Source of the DNA: Tubiluchus corallicola
Taxonomy: Eukaryota; Animalia; Priapulida
Assembly: GCA_030141605.1 (NCBI GenBank)
Contig: JAQGDQ010001111.1
Span: 1-62,097, forward strand
Length of the DNA stretch: 62,097 bases
Direction of reading: 5' to 3'
Part shown: positions 1-12,000 of the stretch, piece after piece
Layout of the letters: each line of letters begins with the position of its first letter
How positions within the stretch are numbered: position 1 is the stretch's first letter
Program-made: the position numbers and the translations under genes
Notes under the pieces: model-generated
What the model was told of the DNA's origin: nothing
The model's input: the letters and a program-made list of their open reading frames with translations, nothing else
Databases searched by the model: none

Positions 1-578
1 GTCATTATAAGATACGATAGTGATGATACATAACACAATCTTCAACAGAAAGACTTTTTGAAGATGCGACTTGTGCAGCAAACAGAAATGCATCTTTCTT
101 TGTTTGAATCATTAATGTAATTTAAGCTACATATAATCTGTCTAATTGTATATTATCACATGCATTTCCAATGTGTTTTTCTGTTAAACTAATAAAACAT
201 ATATTGTACTAAAATACTGTATATTGTTTTTAACAATTAATTTCAGTGATTGCATTAATTAAAAATAAATTATACATTTTTTAACAACTGTCACCTTTTT
301 TGAAAATTGTCTTTGTGAAAATTTGATTTTGACTTGCTAGCTGTTCTTATTATTACATTAAGGCATGTATACAAATGTATAAATAAATGGTTAAAACATA
401 AATTGATAACTGTAACCATTAAATTACACTTGAAGTCGATAAAATGTTTCACCATTTCAGGAATCACTAGTTGAAATACATTGATGATAATGGAGGTTTA
501 GAATCATATTTACTTTGTTTCTTTCCAGCAAGAAACCGCCACTGGTTTATAAAAACTGTTTTATTTTGTTTCTTGCAG

Positions 579-1129
579 GTCTAAAGTTACTTTTAAAATC
601 ACGCTGACTTCGGATCCCAAACTTCCTTTTAAAGTGTAAGTTTATAACATGCCTGACAGATTTGTAATGCTGTACTTAAAAAGCAAAAAAAATTTCAGGA
701 TTTTTAAAACTTCAAATTTATTTGTATCATAGGAAAAAAGTACCACTAATATTTTATTACAAAATGAAAAACAAATTTATAAATGTCATTACCTTTTTAT
801 TGCCAAATGAAGAATCTTTTATATGTTTGCTTGCTTCACATCTAATGCAATTGGCACAACTTGTAAACAATAGTATTAGCAAGTCTCTTTCTCAAAATTG
901 TTAGAAACAATCTAAAATGTTATAAAAAGTAGAGCTTTTCACTAACTTCAGTAAAAATGTAACTTTCCAAAATTTATTTAAAATTAGTATTTTTATCATG
1001 TTAGTGTTAATAAAAAACCAGTAAAGGGTCGAACGATCTATGTTATATGCATTTCTCTAAATCCATTTCAGGTTAAGCGTACCTGAACAAACACCTTTTA
1101 CAGCTGTATTAAAGTTTGCTGCGGAAGAG
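579..1129 (+). pseudogene. UFM1: Inverted duplicate of UFM1 exons 2 (579-635) and 3 (1072-1129)
   Basis: ttcttgcag|G TCT AAA GTT...AAA GT|gtaag and tttcag|G TTA AGC GTA...GAA GAG|gtatt. Same coding sequence and intact splice sites as the minus-strand exons, but no plus-strand exon 4 follows. Confidence 0.8.
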
Positions 1130-1662
1130 GTATTATAACTTTTACATTATCGTAACACAGGATGTTGTCGTCATAAATTTTCAGTACACTCATATTTTGG
1201 TTTGCCGAACCTCACTTTTACAAATGTCGGACAAAATCTATACCACTAGAAATCTCGCATACTACGGACACAGTCTGTTGTTTTACACGCTGACCGCTAG
1301 TTGGCGCGCCATCATTGTTTATCGTTTGCATAGTGCAACCAAGCAGCATGTAATGACACTTGTGTAACTTATATATCAGGAGCAGCCCATACTAGACGTT
1401 TGAGACAACTAGGCGATTGAAATTTCTACATTACTGTAAGTCTAATACACAATGTTTACTGTGTTAGCTTAGTATCAGTAAATACGGAAAATCGGCAAAT
1501 TCTAACCGCTTTTGTCCAGCAAGCCGAGATATGAGTGTTGACTCTTAATTTGATATAACAATTTGATATTTCATATTTTATCAAACATGTATGTGTGCAT
1601 TGTTCTTTGTTGCAGCATTACAGTTCACTATAAAGTATTAGTTCCCAGCATTAATTTTTTTG

Positions 1663-2026
1663 GAAGAGGGAGTATGTAGTTTCCGACTGAATATCTTGTG
1701 TAATGATCATGTTGATTTTATACTGGCGTAAAGTATGACTGAAAAGCCTGTGGACGTAGTGAATTATGATACTGATACATGAAATGAAGACAATACCTGT
1801 CATATATTTCTTTCACTTTAAGAGTTTTAACAGACAAGTAAATTATATTTGTGGGATGGTCATACCTTACATGATATATTAGTTTGAGAATTTTGTTCTG
1901 GGTATTTTGTAAAGCTTCCAGATTACTTTTATATACACCACCCCAAGACATGACGCCATATATTAGATATAGGTAAACTAGACTGTAATAGATTGGAATT
2001 GTGTATTTGAAATGAATTTTCAGCAA
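1663..2026 (-). mobile_element. Non-LTR retrotransposon (CR1/L2-group) ORF2 C-terminal fragment
   Basis: IYYSLVYLYLIYGVMSWGGVYKSNLEALQNTQNKILKLI...FMYQY...FQSYF followed by HDHYTR resembles the post-RT region of CR1/L2-group LINEs. It is cut exactly at the inverted-arm junction. Confidence 0.75.
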
Positions 2027-2092
2027 TCAATCAAAATTATTCATGGAGGTTCAAATACTTTTTAACACAGAAAGATAATGTTATTTTCTTAC

Positions 2093-5000
2093 CAGCACTC
2101 TGTGCAGGATTTATTCCAATTCCGTCATTTGTTATAATCGCACTGGTTGCTGCCGGCACTTTAAACTAGGAGAAAAAAACCTGGGTGAATGCCCACATTG
2201 GTTTTTTAAACAGCAAAAATAAATTTAAGATCTCAGTGTTTCATTTTGCTTAAAAAAACAATTCCAATTGATTAATTTAACATGATACACTAATCATGCT
2301 GCATAATTTCCAAAAGTTTCAGCTATCTGCCGGCACAAGTAAAAATTTATTGGCACTTTGAATACAGTGTCATTTGTCTGTTTTTCCATGTTATCTGTGG
2401 CCCTCTTTCTTATGTGCATATTTTCTCTATTTCTTTATTTTCAATGCAAGTTAGTCCAAAGACCTGTTAAGTAATCACTTGTGTAATAATTTATTTTTTT
2501 GCTACCAAAGTGAAGGTCTATTGTTTGGTTAATTAAATCAACACCATAAAGCCAAATAATTAAAACAGTTTTGCCAAAATGGCACTTCTAAGGTATGTGT
2601 TCATATGTCTGTCTATTATGCCAACAACTGTTTTTTGGATCCTTTTAGTAATTTTTACCAAAAGTAAAAACAGTTGAAGTTTAATAACTACTTTGTCCTG
2701 ATGTTAACATCCTTATATAGAACACAAAGGTGAAATTACACAAAGCTTGCAATAATAATGTCCGTCTTTTACGTCAACACAAATGTGCAAACTGCCCTCT
2801 GGTATCTTCACGATAAAAATGATGTTTAAGCACCTGTTTTGTGCAAAATATAGCAACCCTCATATATTATAAGAGAAATATGGAGCACATATATGAATAT
2901 TTATTAGTTAACAAAAGCATAATTGGTGACAGCAGGCCGGTTCAGTGGCTACTTGTATATTTACAAACTTTGATATATTGGCTATATATAGTTACAGTTC
3001 AATTTATCAATAACTGAACTTTTTTAGTAAAACTATGTTAGTTTAATTTAAAAAATGAAGATAAAGGTTTGATAACACCAATAATTAGGTTTATTTTTAC
3101 TTAAAAATATCAAAAAATGTTACAAACTGTGTATTCCGATAAAAATTTTACCTAGTTAGTATTACAGAACACATGTTTGAAATAGGTATTTGATATATAA
3201 TTTGCATTTCTAGTCATGAAGCGCTTCTGCAACTAGTGACCTATTAAATGATGTTTAAAAAGTAAATTATTCTAAAATTTTTGTTAATATATAAGCTGCT
3301 AGAAAAGCATTCTAACAGTTTGAAAAACTGATTGCCTTCCTTATGCAATTGAGAAATACATAGTTTTCTAAAAATTGCTGTAACTTTGTAACCTTTCAAC
3401 AAATTTATAAACAAGATATAGTTTTATGAAGTGCAGAACAAGAGCTTTTATTTGCTTTATAATATAAACACCCATGTGAATTTTTTTCACCTTCACAGGA
3501 GCCACTTTTGGAGGCATTCACTGTGCTTTTACCCCCTTTGATTTTTTATATGATCACGTATTTTTAATAGGGCAGAGACAATAATAATATTTACAACTCT
3601 GATTACTAGAGCAAGATAAGAGACACAGAAACAAATTGTTGAAAGTAAATGTGAATTATTTTTTACAACTCTATTCAAAGTCTAACACTAGATGAAATCT
3701 GAAACACATATATTTAACTAAAGTGTAATAACACAAAAAATTAATGCTGAACTAATACTTAGTGAACTGTAATGCTGTAAACAAAGAACAATGTACACAT
3801 ACATGTTTGATAAAATATGAAATATCAAATTGTTATATCAAATTAAGAGTCATACACTCATATCTCGGTTTGCTGGACAAAAGCGGTTAGAATTTGCCGA
3901 TTTTCCGTATTTACCGATACTAAGCTAACACAGTAAACATTGTGTATTAGACTTACAGTAATGTAGAATCAATCGCCTAGTTGTCTCAAAAACGTCTAGT
4001 ATGGGCTGCTCCTGATATATAAGTTACACAAGTGTCATTACATGCTGCTTGGTTGCACTATGCAATGATGTAAACAAAATGACGGCGCGCCAACTAGCGG
4101 TCAGCGTGTAAAACAACAGACTGTGTCCGTAGTATGCGAGATTTCTAGTGGTATAGATTTTGTCCGACATTTGTAAAAGTGAGGTTCGGCAAACCAAAAT
4201 ATGAGTGTACTGAAAATTTATGACGACAACATTCTGTGTTACGATAATGTAAAAGTTATAATACCTCTTCCGCAGCAAACTTTAATACAGCTGTAAAAGG
4301 TGTTTGTTCAGGTACGCTTAACCTGAAATGGATTTAGAGAAATGCATATAACATAGATCGTTCGACCCTTTACTGGTTTTTTATTAACACTAACATGATA
4401 AAAATACTAATTTTAAATAAATTTTGGAAAGTTACATTTTTACTGAAGTTAGTGAAAAGCTCTACTTTTTATAACATTTTAGATTGTTTCTAACAATTTT
4501 GAGAAAGAGACTTGCTAATACTATTGTTTACAAGTTGTGCCAATTGCATTAGATGTGAAGCAAGCAAACATATAAAAGATTCTTCATTTGGCAATAAAAA
4601 GGTAATGACATTTATAAATTTGTTTTTCATTTTGTAATAAAATATTAGTGGTACTTTTTTCCTATGATACAAATAAATTTGAAGTTTTAAAAATCCTGAA
4701 ATTTTTTTTGCTTTTTAAGTACAGCATTACAAATCTGTCAGGCATGTTATAAACTTACACTTTAAAAGGAAGTTTGGGATCCGAAGTCAGCGTGATTTTA
4801 AAAGTAACTTTAGACCTGCAAGAAACAAAATAAAACAGTTTTTATAAACCAGTGGCGGTTTCTTGCTGGAAAGAAACAAAGTAAATATGATTCTAAGCGT
4901 CCATTATCATCAATGTATTTCAACTAGTGATTCCTGAAATGGTGAAACATTTTATCGACTTCAAGTGTAATTTAATGGTTACAGTTATCAATTTATGTTT

Positions 5001-6823
5001 TAACCATTTATTTATACATTTGTATACATGCCTTAATCATTAAGGTTTAATGTAATAATAAGAACAGCTAGCAAGTCAAAATCAAATTTTCACAAAGACA
5101 ATTTTCAAAAAAGGTGACAGTTGTTAAAAAATGTATAATTTATTTTTAATTAATGTAATCACTGAAATTAATTGTTAAAAACAATATACAGTATTTTAGT
5201 ACAATGTATGTTTTATTAGTTTAACAGAAAAACACATTGGAAATGCATGTGATAATATACAATTAGACAGATTATATGTAGCTGAAATTACATTAACGAT
5301 TCAAACAAAGAAAGATGCATTTCTGTTTGCTACACAAGTCGCATCTTCAAAAAGGTTTTCTGTTGAAGATTGTGTTACGTATCATCACTATCATATCTTA
5401 TAATGACTGCCATACTCTACAAAGGACTTGGATACATGACATAAATGGGAGCTGTACCTACTAGCTAATTGCCTTTTTTTTAACGTTGACAAGAGTGACA
5501 TCACATGTTTTTTCATCTTGTTGTGATGTTATTAAATTTGGCATCACCATGAGTTCAATATTTAAGTGTCACAATCTTGAAAGGCTTAAAATGGAGTTCA
5601 CATATATTCATCAAGTACTTAGCAAAGAAGGGCACAAACACGTTGGGAATTCTTTGCAGAAATCTCAAACATCATCCAAAAGCTATTAGGTCCAAAAAAG
5701 TTACATAAAGCTATAAGTGAATTTTAAGGCCAATCTAAATGAACTTGCTGCACAAGTCTCATCTTCAAAAAGGCTTTTTGTTGATGATTGTGTTATTTAT
5801 CATCACTATTGTATCTTATAATGACTGCCCTACTCTACAAAAAAGAACTTGGATACATGACATAAATGGGAGCTGTACCTACAAGCTAATTGCATTTTAA
5901 TGTTGACATCACATTCTTTTTCATACTCGTTCTGTATTTTTCATATCGAAGAATACGCTTCTACGGCATGTGACCCAGTCACAAGCAATAATATTTTGGA
6001 ACTTGAAAGAGTGGAGAGTAGATTGGCAATATATATCATAGAGATGCTAGCATAACATGTTAAGACTCTATTGAGTGATGATAAGAGCAGCAACGTGTGG
6101 AACAACGTTTGTGTATGGTTTTCAGAATCTTATACCATCATGCTGATATTAATAGTCACACATTATTTACCAGAGCTAAGAGGGAAGGCGAAAGTCGTAT
6201 CTATACAAGCTTCAATGGTATCAGTGCAAGAAAAATTGTTTTATATATTCATTTGTACCACATTCAGTCTTCTGGGTGGAATAATCCACCTAAAAATATT
6301 TTGCAAACCTCGGACCCAGGGAAGTTTAAAGCAACAATGCAAGAGTTTGACCTGACATTTAACAGGAATCACATAAATGTACACGGGATAGCATTATATC
6401 GTTACCACGCATTCACATTGCAACAATATTCCTAAAGGAATACTACTGTACCTACATTAAGATACAGATAGTTGTGTTTGTATCACACTTCGGGCTAGTT
6501 CGGCATACATAGTCGAACCTGTGCTGAAAAGCACACTTTTTGAGATGATAAGTACATACTAGATCTAAAACACAGTATTACTAGATAAAGTAATTATAAT
6601 GTATTACTGTGATAATATATGTGAAAATGTTGATTATAAATTTCATTAAACGTGAATATAATTGATTTATTTGAACAGGACACACAAAACTATACTTGTT
6701 CTAAATTAAAATGGAGATCACCTACGAAACTTAGGGACAAATGAATCTCAGCAAAATGTAAATTCATTTGGTTTTCCAGTTAAATTTGAAAAATATGTTA
6801 CAAATAAAACTTAAAACTTACAT
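2093..6823 (-). CDS. UFM1: Ubiquitin-fold modifier 1, partial (exons 1-4; final exon not found in window)
   Basis: Minus-strand exons with GT-AG ends: 6822-6823 (AT, context cggaaaAT|gtaagt; alternative at 7438-7439), 4759-4815 (57 nt), 4265-4322 (58 nt), 2093-2165 (73 nt). Spliced: [64 protein letters not shown]..., nearly identical to metazoan UFM1. No GNVFLKHGSELR...DRVG exon seen on either strand. Confidence 0.93.
3853..4209. mobile_element. MITE in UFM1 intron 3 (second copy at about 1185-1538 in the left arm)
   Basis: Imperfect 26-bp TIRs tacactcatatctcggtttgctggac (3853-3878) and gttcggcaaaccaaaatatgagtgta (4184-4209); no coding capacity. Confidence 0.6.
5327..5924 (+). repeat. Direct duplication of about 190 bp (about 5327-5516 and 5746-5924) in UFM1 intron 1
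   Basis: Both copies run cacaagtc.catcttcaaaaagg...tcttataatgactgcc.tactctacaaa...cttggatacatgacataaatgggagctgtacctac.agctaattgc...gacatcacat. Confidence 0.9.
5930..6365 (+). mobile_element. Decayed CR1-like LINE 3' fragment
   Basis: Broken frames give [33 protein letters not shown] and GWNNPPKNI...GKFK, matching the LEYASTVWDP...RL.MF.I...WN.LP...FK pattern of CR1-group ORF2 ends. Confidence 0.65.
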
Positions 6824-7547
6824 TTTCCGTGTGATTACGTGTTGTACAACTTACAGTAGCTTTGGAACCCAAAAACCCGAATGATGGATATACTAATTAC
6901 TTTAAAGAATCTGTGGTCTAGCTTGTGACAAGAGGTTCCAATCATAGTTAAAAATCACACCAACCTAATCCATCGCAAACTACAAACTATCTAATAACTG
7001 CGATTAAAACTAATTAATAATAATTAGGCTTCTGTTGCATTTACAGTGTGTAAAATAAAAATAAAAACTTAAAAATGAGAACTTACCAAAAATGTTAAAA
7101 AATTAATACCGTACTAACATAGCAGTTAATGTAATTCGACAGTAGACACTATTGTAAATGTTATAATAATAATAATTATTATTTATAAAAGTAGTCTGTA
7201 TATGAGATAAAAGACTTGTTGCGTGTAGTATCTGAGAGCTAGAACGAATTCAGTATAATCTGCTGATAATAAAATTCTGCTAAAATGCATCATTTAGTGG
7301 TTGCTGGGTATTTCAGTTCAACGCTGAGTTATTTTACCTTTAAATAGTTGGCGAAGCTACTGCGACCACCTTCAATCTTATTGTCGGTTTTAATAAATGT
7401 ATTATATTTTATCGTTTTTGTAAAGTTTCTTACTTACATGCTTCTAAAACTAAAAAAGAAGTAGCCTGTGTTAAACAGCAAAACCATGAGACCGCATGTA
7501 ATACCTTAACCCCTAACACATGGTAAATTGGTACTGCAGTAGATTGG

Positions 7548-7899
7548 TAGTGGGGGTGAACATTCTGTACCAGAAAGCGAATTCGATTCAAATCGAATTT
7601 GCGACTTTCGAACTCGAATTGATTATTAACTATATTTTGGAAAATATTATCGAATCATTAATAAAAGGCAGTCTCACAAAGATCATGCATATTACTTTGA
7701 CCTTATTCTGCATTGAAAACACTAATAATATATTTAAAAACTGTGCACCGAAATTGCGGTTAAACTGTGCTGACTGCATGCTCTTTCAAATATTTTGATA
7801 CAGAACGTATATGGTTAAAGTGCTAAATTATTCGACTATGTAATTTTAGGGTCGAATCGAATTTTAGCGTTCGAGTTCGATTCGAACGTTCCTCCACTG
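7548..7899. mobile_element. MITE-like relic with TTCGA/TCGAA subterminal repeats
   Basis: Ends tagtgggggtgaacattc and gaacgttcctccactg are imperfectly inverted; tcga motifs cluster at 7578-7660 and 7830-7890; no TSD found. Confidence 0.45.
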
Positions 7900-9048
7900 T
7901 TTCTCCCACTGCTTACGAATGGCGTATTGGGGCAGATGTTTCGTCTCTATCTTTGTGGCATGGTTATCGGAGCACACCCTGTCAATAGGTTCTTCTGTAT
8001 ACTAGGTAACCGTCTGTAGGCTCTAATTCGCGACAGCCTAAACTTGTTACAGACAAGACAACTTATTAAGTACATGTTGGGAGACTGTAAATTGACTAAG
8101 TTATTCAAGTGTAGGCCTGTTTAACTTCTTTTGTTCTATCGATGTGCTTCAAGTTCTTGGAATCGTAAATCTAGTAATTCTAGTTAGTGAAAGTGCCGAA
8201 TATCATGAACCATTGTTTCACTTCACACCGTAACAAGAAAACAGGCTCTGCTAGTATAGATTTTAGAGATGCTATAAGAAACAACATGAGTAAAATATTA
8301 GTTGGCTTTACCCAATATGTTACATGTAATACTCGGAAGAATGCTAGAATGATATGCCTGACTTATTTGCGCAATATTAAAAATCCTTACAAATGTTCTC
8401 AGATATCCTCTTAGGAAAGTCATCGGCATACTTTGTTTCTAAGTATGTTTATGACCAGGAAAGTGTTAATAATTTAAATGCATGTTTTTAACTTACTAGC
8501 TAGAATATCTTTATTGATGATTGTAAAGACGATATTGGTAACCAGACAGACGTAGTCGTAGTTACATTAGCTTCTGTCAGGATTGAAATGTAAACCAGAA
8601 AACCATTAAAATTTACTCTAACAACAAGACTTGGTTCAACAGCAATTTAAGAAAACAGATCGCCGAGAAAAGTAATACACATGGTAGTGACATTCAGAAA
8701 CACAAGCAATTGCAAAATGATGTCAGTGACCAGATTCGTTTGGCTAAATACAGATACAAATGTAAAACTAAACCTACATTAACAGCAACAATAACTTGAG
8801 AGAGAACTTGCAAAGCTGTTCATACTGGCAAGTTGCAAGCTAACTCTCAGTGAGAACTTGCGAGAGAACGCTCTAGTCCGAACGTGCTTTAACATTTAGA
8901 TTTATATGTACAGTTAATTTAATTGCACTTGCAAACTTGTTGTACTAATTGTTTCTTAACTAGTCTGTGCAAAGCATGAAAGAAAATATCACATATATCA
9001 GTATAAAATATATGTTCAACAAAAATATCTGTGTCTATGTCTCAGTGT

Positions 9049-12000
9049 CTAGAAACGTACATTTACACTATCTTCATAACTATAATTACGTTTACGCGAA
9101 TTTTCGTGTTCTTCTTCACGAAGTATTTTGCCAACATGAATGTGGTTCAAACGTTCACCGAGAGCGTCACTGAAAGCGTTTAATTCGTCTATGAGATAAA
9201 CGGGGTTTTCAGATACTTCTAAATTTTCACGTGTTTCCTTCTCATGTTCTGTTTTAAAATACGTTTTGTCCATTACGACCATGATAACAAGCAGAAGAGC
9301 GGCTAGTAATAGTGAACCACCCATAACTGCAAATGGCAGGCTCACACTTCCTGATAAATCCTGTAGAAAGCCTAAAGTAGTAGAAAAAAAAGTAAATAAA
9401 TTAAAAAACTGCACCGAGGTAAGCTTAGTGACAAAGGTTGAGCAACGCTAGAGTTGGTTAGTGAGTAGCTGGGAAACAGTTGGTTTCAATACCCATTCTT
9501 TTAGGAAAATAATCCTATCTTATAAGATTAGCTTTATTAACGAGCGAGGTTCTGATCCCGCCATAATTATGCGATTACGCTGTACATCTTATGATCTCAC
9601 ACAGGAGCATTGTACTTATGACGGCCTGTGGGTAGAAGCTTAGCTATACTAAGTGGAGCTTTTCTTACACGCAGCGATTTGGGGGCACATAATAATAATA
9701 ATAATTATTATTTATTTTATTTCAGACATTTTAGTCCATAGAACAATAAAAATAAGACACAAGTAAAAACACAGAGTTAGTTACAGAAACATAGTTAGCC
9801 TACATACAAGAAAAGATTAGTTAGAATGGGTAAATAAAATTCTTTGCCACGACCTAAAAATGTTTGATCTAGAAATTTTATCAGTATTGTACAGCAAGTT
9901 ACTGATAACAGTATTCTGACTCAAAACAGCCTGCTTCTGAGACTAAACGCAATTGGTACATTGAGCTAACATACATCTGTATGTTAAAGAGTCCGCTAAT
10001 AAAGTCGTAATGAAGTCATAAATTAATACAAATGTATACCTGTTATCAGAGGTCCAATGACAACGATGACGGCTTCAAACAGAAACACCACGCCCAGGCC
10101 TTCACCTGTCCTAAGTGGACCAACTAAATCTACAATTATTATGACGACGGGTGACAATGCTCCGCTAAGTATTATCCCCATTAATACTGACCAGATGATA
10201 AGACCATTAGTTGTAGTTATTTTATCGATCAGAATGAAGCCCATACCGCCGATAGCGCAAAGGATTGCAAAGCCTAAACGTCGAACATTCGGCTTGCGAA
10301 ACACGCCTTTATCCCACAGGATTCCGAAAATGATCCGAAACGCCAGTTCGGAAAAACTCATCAGTGAGACGGCCACTGCGTCTCCTAAAGAATCATCTTC
10401 CAGTTCCGCCGACTTCGATGGCAGTAGTATGTAGCTTTGTAAGTACCCAAACACAAAGAACGCCACAACAAACACGAATATCACAAATAAAGAATTCTTC
10501 AGCAAGTGCCAGTGAAAGAGTTTATCATTGTGATGTTCACTGGGTTGTGTGAATTCAGTGAGCGAACCTTTAAATGAAGACTCAAATACTGCAGAAGACT
10601 GACCAGGCGAATTCAAGTTTTCAGAATTAGTTAAACCAGAATTCGCCTTTGTATATTCGTTGGTGGTACAGGCGCTACTATCCTTTTTAGCATCCCTATC
10701 GGGAATAACACTTTGTTCAGTGAAACTGCTTGATCTTACTTTGGGATTTGCAGGTCGCATAAGGGCACCAGCTACCACAAGGTGGAAAGTTATTCCGCCA
10801 CAAATTAACAGGGCACCATTGTAATTCAGTTCATCTATAAGCACTTGCATTAGAAGCGGAAATGCGATTGAACCAATGGCCGTTCCTGAGATGGCTAAAC
10901 CAGTCGCCAATGACAGTTTTTTCTCGAAATAAAAAGGCAGAATTGAAATTCCAGGCACGGCAGATAAACCGCAACCAGTTCCTGAAAAGTTATACAAAGT
11001 AAGAAAAAAAGCCATCAATTAATTTCAAAATATTATAACCTGTGGTATGATTGCCTGATGGTTTTACTGGTTTAGAACATCTTTAATGCTGTGCTAGTGA
11101 ATGTTAGTAAATAATTGTAATATAAATGTTTATGTTAACGAATATTCGGTTTGACATTGATGGTCGAGCTAAAACTTGCCTGATATGCAAGTTTAAAACC
11201 AAATGATTAACATATCTCAGTATCAGTGTTGCTACTCACATGGCTAATGTTCATTGGTCCACATGATGACGCTCAACGTTCATAGGCAAGTTTCTACCCA
11301 GTCAGTACTGTTACGTGGCTTGCAACAACTTAGATCAAACGGAATACAAAAGAGGTAGAAGAAAGAGATAAAAACGTGGGACTGACCAATTAATATTTAA
11401 AGCACAAGAAAACCCACCACTTACATAAAGCTTTAAAATTTCATCTTGAAATTTTATACTACTTACATACTGCCTTTTTGCATATTAGACTTGCGTGGGC
11501 AGTAACGGTATATAAATCATGTAAATTTAAACTCCCGCGATGACCTTTAGGCGCAGTTATTTTGACGATAAGGCATTTGAAACAAGTTAAAATAACATTG
11601 TGTAAAGTTTGACAAAATAATCAGTGCATTCGTAGCCCACACGTCACTAACTAAATAAAATTTAAAATTACTGTATCTTGTCAATAAGGTTAAAAATACG
11701 TCTTTAGTTAGTGAGTGGCGCACCTTGGAGGGTGAGTCAGCGACATTTTACCTATTGGTGAAAGAATTTTAAATAATCAATAATTTTCTTTTCTAGTTAC
11801 ATAAGTCTTTGAAGGAGGTAAGCGAAATGCTAAGTATTATAATTTTGCATGAAAAGTTTTTTGGGACGTATATGACGTCATGTAATGGCGCGGTCGGAAC
11901 AGTGTCGAGGGAAATTTAAAATGAAGACAAACTAAAAATCCTTTTAACGCGAGTACAGTATGTGCATAAAATTACTATAAAGTAATATAATTTTTTAAGG

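Larger units (their letters stand above)
1..5407. repeat. Long inverted duplication: left arm 1-1662 (cut by window edge), right arm 3734-5407, spacer 1663-3733
   Basis: Base 1 gtcattataagat is the reverse complement of atcttataatgac ending 5407. Inner ends ttaatttttttg (1662) and caaaaaattaa (3734). ORF track gives mirrored 60-aa ORFs (identical) and 83/84-aa ORFs. Only scattered substitutions and small indels. Confidence 0.97.

Noticed and set aside
2327-2336. ctgccggcac repeated from UFM1 exon 4 as an alternative exon
   Set aside because: Only 10 bp match, with no flanking homology or splice sites.
722-4672. Mirrored ORFs 722-904, 1116-1367, 4024-4278, 4490-4672 as genes
   Set aside because: Non-ATG starts, no motifs; they lie almost wholly in UFM1 introns or a MITE and are paired only because of the duplication.
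1-5407. Foldback or long-TIR transposon reading of the inverted repeat
   Set aside because: The arms consist of host UFM1 exons and introns and the spacer holds UFM1 exon 4; no transposase or modular subrepeats.
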